From Octopus vulgaris (lineage: Eukaryota): a DNA stretch of 64,000 nucleotides. Under the pieces are notes generated by a model, which saw only the letters and a program-made list of their open reading frames with translations, did no database searches and was not told the origin of the DNA. The translations under genes and the position numbers were made by a program. Of this stretch, positions 55,158 through 64,000 are shown piece by piece (position 1 is the stretch's first letter; every line of letters begins with the position of its first letter). The DNA lies in the NCBI GenBank assembly GCA_951406725.2, contig OX597816.1:58094001-58158000 (forward strand). The letters run 5' to 3'.

Positions 55158-56303
55158 TTGTGGAATACTCTAACCTCTAAATCACGCGCCTTCACCACCA
55201 CATACACATACATACATGCATGCATGTATACACACACATACATGCATACATAAATACATACACACACATAGATGCATACATACATACACACGCATACATA
55301 CGTACATACATACATACATACATACACACACATGCACACATACACGCATACATACATACACACACACATACATACATACACACACACATACACACACATA
55401 CATGCATACATAAATACATACACACACATACACACATACATGCATACATACATACATACACACACATACACACACATACATGCATGCATACATACACGCA
55501 TATATACACTACATGCATGCATACATACACACACACATACATGCATGCATACATACACACATACACACACACAAACATGCATACATACATACACGCATAC
55601 ATACACATACGTACACTCACATACACACACATACACACATACACACATACATGCATGCATACATACACACATACACACACACATACACACACATACATGC
55701 ATACATACACGCATATATACACACACATACATGCATGCATACATACACACATACACACACATACACTCACGTACACACACGTACATACCCAGATATGTTT
55801 ATGCGTGTGTATGCGCGCGTGTGTGTGTGTGTGTGTGACCGTTTGGTCTCAGATGGTATCCTATGTCCACCTGGGTCACTGAACTATTCTTTGCGCCATG
55901 CAATGGTTCCTTCCACACCTTTCTCTTTCTCATGGCTTCTCTTCACCAACCGGCAGATATTTTCGCCGGTTTCATTTTACCTGGCCCTCCTCACCCGACA
56001 TTAAACATAATAGTTGCATTCATTGGTTTAATATCAAGAGAAGGGCGGAAGAGATCTCAATAAAAATTCAATGAAATTGATACACGTGTCCACCCCCGTC
56101 CCCTTCAAACCCTTAATCAATACCCTAAACCGGAATAAATCACCTTTTTTTCTTCTTTCTTTCTTATCCCTCTTTATTTCTGGTCAGAAAGGTTATCGCT
56201 AACTTTCTTTTTTACTTATTATTTTTTCTTACCTTTTTTGTTTTTAGTTTTGCAAATTTTTTTCCTTCAATTTCCGTTTCCCACAATTTGTGTTGTTGTT
56301 GTT

Positions 56304-56335
<32 letters not shown>

Positions 56336-56680
56336 CGCTGTTGTTCCTTTCTTTTCACCTTCTCCTCCTTCTTTCTTTTATCCTTCCTTTTTTCATTCCT
56401 TTGATTAGTCTTTCTTTCTTGTTGTCTTCTTCTTCTTGTCCTCCTCCTCGCCCTCGTTGTCATCGTCATGTCGCTGTCGTCGTCCTCCCTCATTCACCTC
56501 CTCCCCTTCCTCTTCCTCTTTCTTTTCCTCTGCCTCCTCCTCTGTCTTCGCCCCCTCCCCTCCTCTTCCTGCCTGTTCTGCCTACCCCTCCTCTGCCTCT
56601 TCCTCTGCCTCCTTCTCCTCCTTCTCTGCCTCCACCTCCTCTTCCTTTTCTTCTTCTTCTTGGCGTTTGGTCCCTGTTTA

Positions 56681-56792
<112 letters not shown>

Positions 56793-56938
56793 TAAACAGG
56801 GATCTACATTGAGAGAAAGACGGGATGGACGCTTCATTTTTGTGCTGGTACCGCATGGTGTCGTACGCGACTGAGAGGATTTGCATCCCCAACGTAGAAT
56901 TTTTGATGTAATACATGTCCTTGAAGTAGTAATTGTCC

Positions 56939-57016
56939 GCGGCTGAACAAGGCCATAGACACACATTATGCATTGTTATAAATCCGTCTAATAAAGGCTC
57001 GAAACATATGTACCGC
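56939..57016 (+). ncRNA. Type-I hammerhead motif with G8-to-C core change
   Basis: GCGG-CTGAACA-AGGCC-[loop]-GGCTC-GAAAC-ATAT-GTA-CCGC. Confidence 0.68.
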
Positions 57017-57043
57017 TGAATCCTTGACATCATGTTTTTATTT

Positions 57044-57083
<40 letters not shown>

Positions 57084-57114
57084 ATGTATAGGTGCAATGG
57101 CCGATATATGTATA

Positions 57115-57694
57115 TATTACAAATTTAGGATTTTACCAATAGAACGGTAACTCCTATTTCAGGACAACTATATTGTCTGGAATACACATAAAAAGTTATA
57201 TCCAATATAGTAGTAAAATAATATAAACATTTTAAAACATACTATAAATTACAATAAACTTATTTTAAAAAACTTATTTAAAAAATATTTGAAAAAATAT
57301 ACATACCTTACCTGTTAGTAGTCTATAGGAAAATAAGATATTTTTAATCAATGCTACTCGTGTTTCTGCACTGGTGGTGTGTTTTCCAAGCTATACCTAT
57401 TTCATAAATCCACCAGTGCGTCCTCAGGTTATTTATCTTATTGTTATTATTATTATTAACAAATCAAGGATAAAACTACATATTCTAATACATATTAAAT
57501 AAAAAAAATAAGAATATAAATAAAAACATAATAAAAATATATAAATTACAACTATATTTTTAAAAATTAGGTTTTAAAATGCTTATATTATTTTATTATT
57601 ATATAGTATACAACTTTCTATATGTATTTCAGACAACAAGGTTGTCCTGAAATAGGAGTTGCGGTTCTATTGGTAAAATCCCAAATTTGTAATA
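57115..57694. mobile_element. AT-rich element with ~120-bp inverted ends enclosing an HHR motif (57350-57433, minus)
   Basis: 57115-57238 vs 57571-57694 inverted; CTGAGGA-CGCACTGGTGG...CCACCAGTGCA-GAAAC-ACGA-GTA. Confidence 0.7.
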
Positions 57695-57851
57695 ATATTA
57701 TAAATGAAACTGTTTACATTGCATAAATGTTTAAGGCGTTTTAGGAATCTATGCCCATTGTCTTACTTACAATAAAGACGTTCACAGCACTTGTAGCGTT
57801 AGGTAAAGTCTTGACTTGTGTGTGAATGGACATGTACATGCATGTGTGTGA

Positions 57852-58000
57852 AGGTGCGTGGTTTCGTGGTTTGGATATTTGGCTCGCGCTCGTAAGGATG
57901 TGGGTTCGATACCCAGTGTTGCGTTGTATCCTTGAGCAAGACACTTCATTTCATGTTTCTCCAGTTCACTTAGCTGGCAAAATGAGTTGCACTTGTATTT
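57852..58000 (+). mobile_element. SINE family C 5' part
   Basis: GGTTCGATACCC B-box; CCTTGAGCAAGACACTT. Confidence 0.68.
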
Positions 58001-58309
58001 GGTGGTGGTGGTAGTGGTAGTAGTAGTAGTAGTAGTAGTAATAGTATTTTCTTTCTGCCTAAAAAACAAAAACAATAAAGCACTACCTGACATAAGATAA
58101 GTCAATTAAGTTTTAAAAGTCTGTGACTTCGAAATTTCGTCGAGGAATTCTTTTCAGTGTTTTATAAACCTTCCGTGATGTAACTTCGAAGTCACGATCA
58201 ATGTTTTTCCATCATATACTAACATACATACATATGCGCAAGCACACACACACACATAAACATACACATACACACGCACACACACAGACACACACACACG
58301 CATATATAT

Positions 58310-58910
58310 ATAAAGGAATACAAAAAATGGGACAAGAACGCAAAACATCCAGACAGATGATACAAAAAAGTGGACAAGAAAAAACAAGGACGGGTCATTC
58401 GAATTTTCTTTCCTCAGTCGAGTTCCAGATTATCTTTGCAATTTCGGTTGGTTATACTCGGGATTGGTCAAATCTGGTCAGCCACAAAGAAAAATTAAGC
58501 TAAGAGCACTAGATTCCTTGGAAGAAAGCAGCAAGTATATACGAAAACAAGAATGGAAAAAATGGAGAAATGGTACACAAATACGAATGCAAATAACTGG
58601 ACATTAACAACAGGTGTCTTTCGACTAAGGACGAATTAAATTAAGCTGGTGTGTGTGGAAGTGAAGCCTTACGGCAAGAACATAATAGATGATAGGCATG
58701 GGGAGAAATATAGATGTTGCAAGAAAGAAGGGTCAGGCTTGGCCGAACATCAGTCACGTGGAGGGAGAGGAGAGAGGTAGAGGGATCGACGTATTAGGGA
58801 GAGACGAGAAAAAAGAAAAGGGACAGAGTGAAGTGAAAGACGAGGGAAGGTGAGAATGAAGAGAAAGCCAGGAAATGTGAGAGAGGGGGAACGAAAAAAA
58901 GAAGAGAGGG
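58310..58910 (-). mobile_element. Diverged copy of the 3205-4006 repeat family
   Basis: AAAATGGGACAAGAACGCAAAACAT, GGACGGGTCATTCGAA, AAGCTAAGAGCA shared. Confidence 0.7.
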
Positions 58911-58994
58911 ATGATTACATCCAAGAAAACATTGGGTCTTTACCTTATGTCTTTGGGAAATAAAATTTCCCTAAATCAATAGGTATATATTAAG

Positions 58995-59368
58995 TATATA
59001 ATCCGTATTAAATTAAGGGAAGAAAGTGGAGAGTTAGTGGTTAATATTTATTTATTAATAAATTGATAATCATTTCTTCCTACGGCTGTTTACATTTGTA
59101 CTCATTGAATAAATTACAATTTTATGCATTAGATTTGCATTTATAAGTTATCATCATGGAAAAGTTAGACATCAAAACATCACATGTCGACCTCTCTGTT
59201 CATTCCAGCAGACTCTGTTGTGATCAGCCCGTACTTTTTTCAAGAATGCAGTGCAACAGTAACTGCTACCTCCGGCCGGCACACTGAAGTGTTGGAGGCC
59301 TTTCTGCGCCCCAAATATTAACCACTAACTCTCCATTTCCTTCTCTTAATTTAATATATAATTATATA
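58995..59368. mobile_element. Element with ~55-bp inverted ends, HHR remnant and a Tc1/mariner-like fragment
   Basis: GGAGAGTTAGTGGTTAATATTT inverted at both ends; VISPYFFQE...TVT...VLEAFLRP at ~59220-59312. Confidence 0.55.
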
Positions 59369-59616
59369 AGAGAACAGGAAGAAACCCTGCTCCACCATGT
59401 TGTAAAAATACGCCAAAAAACGTTATAAGACCACCTTTAGCTCCTGCAAAAATAAGGGTTATAGACGAACAAAAATTCCATAGGCAATTGCGTATTGGTC
59501 CAATTTCGAGATTAAAGAATGGTAGCCACTTGATATTATCACTTACGTGATTTTATCCCTGTTTATATATATATATGTATGTGTGTGTGTATGTGTGTGT
59601 GTGTGTGTGTGTGTAT

Positions 59617-59993
59617 TCTTTTATTTGTTTCAGTCATTTGACTGCGGCCATGCTGGAGCACCGCCTTTAGTCGAACAAATCGACCCCAGGACTTAATCTA
59701 TGTAAGCCTAGTATTTATTCTATCGGAATTTTTTTTTTGCCGAACCGCTACGTTACAGGGACGTAAACACACCAGCATCGGTTGTCAAGCGATGGAGGTG
59801 GACAAACACAGACACACAAACACACACACACACATATATATTTGTGTGTGTGTATATATATATATATGTACGACGGGCTTCTTTCAGTTTCCGTCTACCG
59901 AGGCTATAGTAGAAGACACCTGCCCAAAGTGCCACGCAGTGGGACTGAACTCGGAGCCATGTGATTGGGAAGCAAGCTACAGCCACTTCTGCG

Positions 59994-59996
<3 letters not shown>
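59617..59996 (-). mobile_element. SINE family A
   Basis: Reverse complement of the 27450 family. Confidence 0.85.
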
Positions 59997-60049
<53 letters not shown>

Positions 60050-60091
60050 TATGTATGTATACATATATGCATATATATATGTGTGTATGTA

Positions 60092-60132
<41 letters not shown>

Positions 60133-60561
60133 GCATATATGTATATAAATATAAACATCCAAAGATATATGTATGAAAGCATGTTTACCTGAGTGTAATG
60201 CGTGTAAGTATGCTTGTGCACGTGTATGTATATCTATGTGTATTTAATATCTTTATGTCTCCATGTATGCATGGGTGTATGTATGGTGCTTGCGTTTATT
60301 TTTTTTTTTGTTTGTTTGTTTGTTTCTTGTTTTCACGTGTGTGAATATCTATGTAAGTGTGTATTTACGTTTGTGTATATATATGTATTTGTATGCCAGC
60401 ACAAACATAATCCTACTTAAGCGACGATTCTCACAAAACAAAGCCATGTGATACATGCCAAACTCGGGTTAACACTCATAATGCCGTGTAAGGTGTTTCA
60501 ACGACATTTATCTATCTATCTATTAGTTTTTTTACATGTATTATTTGTATAAACTCTTCTC

Positions 60562-60648
<87 letters not shown>

Positions 60649-60656
60649 CATTATCA

Positions 60657-60735
<79 letters not shown>

Positions 60736-60979
60736 TTCGACTATTGTCGTTATTATCACTATCATTCCTAGCATTATTATTGTTATTATTATCATTATTA
60801 AACTGCTACTACCACTACTATTGCTATTGTTGTTGTTGTTGTTGTTGTTGTTGTTCGTGATATTTCAAAACGGCTAAAGTTAGCAGGTGTTTTTTTTTAT
60901 ACTTACACGCATGCGTGGAAACAAATACATTGAAGACTGTTCTATTCAACAGTAGAATGAATTTGCTTATCAAATAATA

Positions 60980-61013
<34 letters not shown>

Positions 61014-61454
61014 GGATGATTGTGATGAGGATTTTTTTTATTGATCACATGAGCAACACAAACACAAAAACATTTAGTGGCTTACTAAAATCATTGACGT
61101 GCAAAATACGTTACAAAATGACTAACTCGAGTTACACATTCTTACTATGACCGCCTATAAGCATGCTTGTGCATACACCCACGCATACATACATACATAC
61201 ATACATACATACATACATACATACATACATACATACATGCATACTGCATACATACATGCATGCATGCATACATACATACATACATTCATACATACATACA
61301 TACATACATACGTACATACGTACATACATATATACATACATGCATACATGCATACATACATACATGCATGCATGCATGCATACATACATACATACATACA
61401 TACATACATACATACATACAAATATGCATACATATATACATACATACATATATA

Positions 61455-62098
61455 CAAGAATCTACAGTATGGTAGAAGTTATAGCCACTGTTAATAAAAA
61501 GGAATACTGGTGGAATGTCCCAGTGAAGACCTCAATAAAATGTAAGCACAACAGACCTGACATAGTGATTTGGAATAGGGAAGAGAAACTGTGTAGTTGT
61601 GGAAATTTGTTGCCTAGCGGATGTTAACATAAATCTGAAGATCAGTCAAACAGTGAATAGCTGCGCTGACTATTGAGAAATCTGCAGTTACTCTATCCAG
61701 ATTACAAGTTCAGGTTTATACCGGTAATTATTGGGGCACTGGGATATGTAACATACTGCCTAAATACGAATCCTGAGGAATTAGGCTTCTTAAAACCAGA
61801 AAGGAGAAAGCTAATGCGAAGATTACAGATGCAATCCATCACTGGAACTGTAAGAATCTGTAAAAGTTTCCAGAAGTTTATCATTAAAATATGTATGAGC
61901 ACGTTTAGATATGCAACTATAAGCGTGAGAATACATACATAAAACAAACCATACAAATCTGCACGTATACATACATACATACATACATACAGAAATACCC
62001 AGTTGATGTTGAAATTCCAATGAAGGAGCCTTGGATTTAGGTTAAAAACCGGCTCTTTCTCTACTGGCAAGAAATCTTGAAATAAACTGAATGATGAC
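61455..62098 (+). mobile_element. RLE-clade (R4-like) LINE 3' fragment between CATA repeats
   Basis: WWNVPVKT..HNRPDIVIW..., FIPVIIGALG, LQMQSITGTVRICK. Confidence 0.82.
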
Positions 62099-62180
62099 GG
62101 ACATACATGTATACGTATATACATATATATATATGTGTGTTTGCGTGTGTGTGTGTGTGAGAGAGAGAGAGTGTGTGTGA

Positions 62181-62239
<59 letters not shown>

Positions 62240-62282
62240 CGTGTAATGTACGGAATGGAAAAGATAAATAAAGACGAAATAT

Positions 62283-62641
62283 CCTCAAATCCTTAAAAAT
62301 GTTTCAGCCCGAAGGCTGCGGCCATGCTGGGGAACCACCGTTGAATGAGCTACACTAGTATGTGAACCCACCTCTGATACGTGTCACTTGATCGACTAGG
62401 GAGTTCGATGCCGCTGCCCGCATCTGTGTCTCCTGCCGAGAGGTATGTTCATCTGGGACCCTCGACAAGAAGAGATCCAGTTTAGTTTTAAAGAAACCCA
62501 CATCCACACCATGCAAGTCTCTCATGCATTTAGGGAGGATGTTGAAGAGCTGCGGTCCTCTGAAACCCAAGCTGTTGCAGTATCTGGTCCTGTATTTTGA
62601 TGCTGATGTTGGAATCTTTAGCACCATGCAATGGCGCCCCG
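62283..62641 (-). mobile_element. CR1-like LINE 3' end, same subfamily as 6905-9243
   Basis: RTRYCNSLGFRGPQLFNILPKCMRD...RIRGGFTY* and the matching tail. Confidence 0.9.
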
Positions 62642-63098
62642 ATTAATATTTTTATTAAATGTTTAATATTTTACTTATACTCGACGATGTAAAAAACTTG
62701 AACGTTAGCTAAATGAGTTTTATGAGTGTTACAAGTTATGTAACAAACAATGTTTAGCTATGAAACATATGTAGTTTCTATTTCCATTTCCCATCTCTTA
62801 TATTCTTGCATTTTTATTCACATGTTAAGCAATTTTAGTTGCTAAACCGAGAGTTATGCAGTGACTGTCAGCAGATTGAAATTTCCATTGATTTCGGTAT
62901 GGAACAAAGTGTATAACGATGCTTATTAAACTTTATCATATATTGGCCTCCATTTGTCCTCTCTACTTCCAGTGTACAGACGTGAAGCTTACTCATTTCC
63001 AACACCTGGAACCCTGGATCGCACTTACACACACACACACACACACACCATAATTGTACTACTTCATCTCCTGCGCTTTAACTGTTTTTTGCGCCGTG

Positions 63099-63177
<79 letters not shown>

Positions 63178-63212
63178 TTGTCTATCTATATGTCTATCTA
63201 TATGTCTATCTA

Positions 63213-63252
<40 letters not shown>

Positions 63253-63391
63253 CATATATATGTACACACACGCGCGCGCACACACACACATATGCATATA
63301 CACAAGTATGTACTTGGGTGTTTATATAGTACTAAAATCTACTACTACTAAAAATAATAACAATCATAGCAACAACAACAACAACAACAAC

Positions 63392-63455
<64 letters not shown>

Positions 63456-63924
63456 TGCCCGTCATCTTCACCTATTCTCATGAATAAATGGAGTTTAACA
63501 ATAAAACCAGATAGCTTTAATGACGTAGACAGGAGTTCAGATGAAAACGTCACTTCCGGCAGGTGTGCAATGTTAGAGCAAGTAGTACCCGGATGTCGTC
63601 TAACAATTTTGCTAGAAGAAGGATTTATGGTAAACGGAGATGAAGTAAAGGAGCAATATATGTAGTATTGATGGAATGCTGGTTGAGAGCTAGGAATGAA
63701 GAAGGTAAGGGACGTTGTGTGGGTGGGTGGGGGTGATTGTTCACTAAGTGGAAAAGCACAGATATGCTTGAGTTGGCAGAAAAATAAGTTAATGAACCAA
63801 GCATGTATGATCACAGAAGAGGTTGGCTAATATCAGGTGGGTGGTAAGGACGTTTAGGAAGAGCTGAACGGCAGGAGGTCCACATCATGCAAGTCTTTCA
63901 TTATTATTATTTTTTTTTTGTTTT

Positions 63925-64000
63925 GTTTTCTTTCTACTCAAGGCACAAGGCTCGAAATTTTGGGGGACGGGGGCCAGTTGAAAGGATGAAAGGCAAAGTC
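63925..64000 (-). mobile_element. SINE family B fragment running off the window
   Basis: GAAAGGATGAAAGGCAAAGTC. Confidence 0.65.

Noticed and set aside
56290-56670. Pro/Leu-rich or Arg/Gly-rich ORFs
   Set aside because: Low-complexity pyrimidine tract.
63455-63900. Possible exon or old LINE 3' remnant
   Set aside because: No recognisable motif or clear splice pair; left unassigned.

Overview
Repeat-saturated animal genomic DNA. The microsatellite load and SINE/LINE repertoire suggest a coleoid cephalopod such as Octopus (inference). No host protein-coding gene, rRNA, true tRNA gene or CRISPR array can be supported, and almost all listed ORFs are translations of (TA)n, (CA)n, (TAA)n, (CATA)n or (TCTA)n tracts. 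Recognisable content is decayed mobile DNA: a DD37D maT transposon, mariner fragments and a mariner MITE, nested hAT elements, CR1-like LINE pieces, R4/Dong-type RLE LINE 3' ends stacked in (TAA)n and (CATA)n tracts, several tRNA-derived SINE families, and Penelope-like element (PLE) RT and GIY-YIG fragments. The most notable signal is non-coding: more than a dozen type-I hammerhead-ribozyme (HHR) motifs from several unrelated short repeat families. They mostly sit in cassettes inserted in (TA)n, are often arranged as fold-back inverted repeats, and include recurring non-canonical catalytic cores (CCGACGA, CUGUNGA, and C at position 8). HHRs in PLE terminal repeats are an established phenomenon; the particular core variants and their activity here are untested. 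All structures were paired by eye; no folding, alignment or database search was run.
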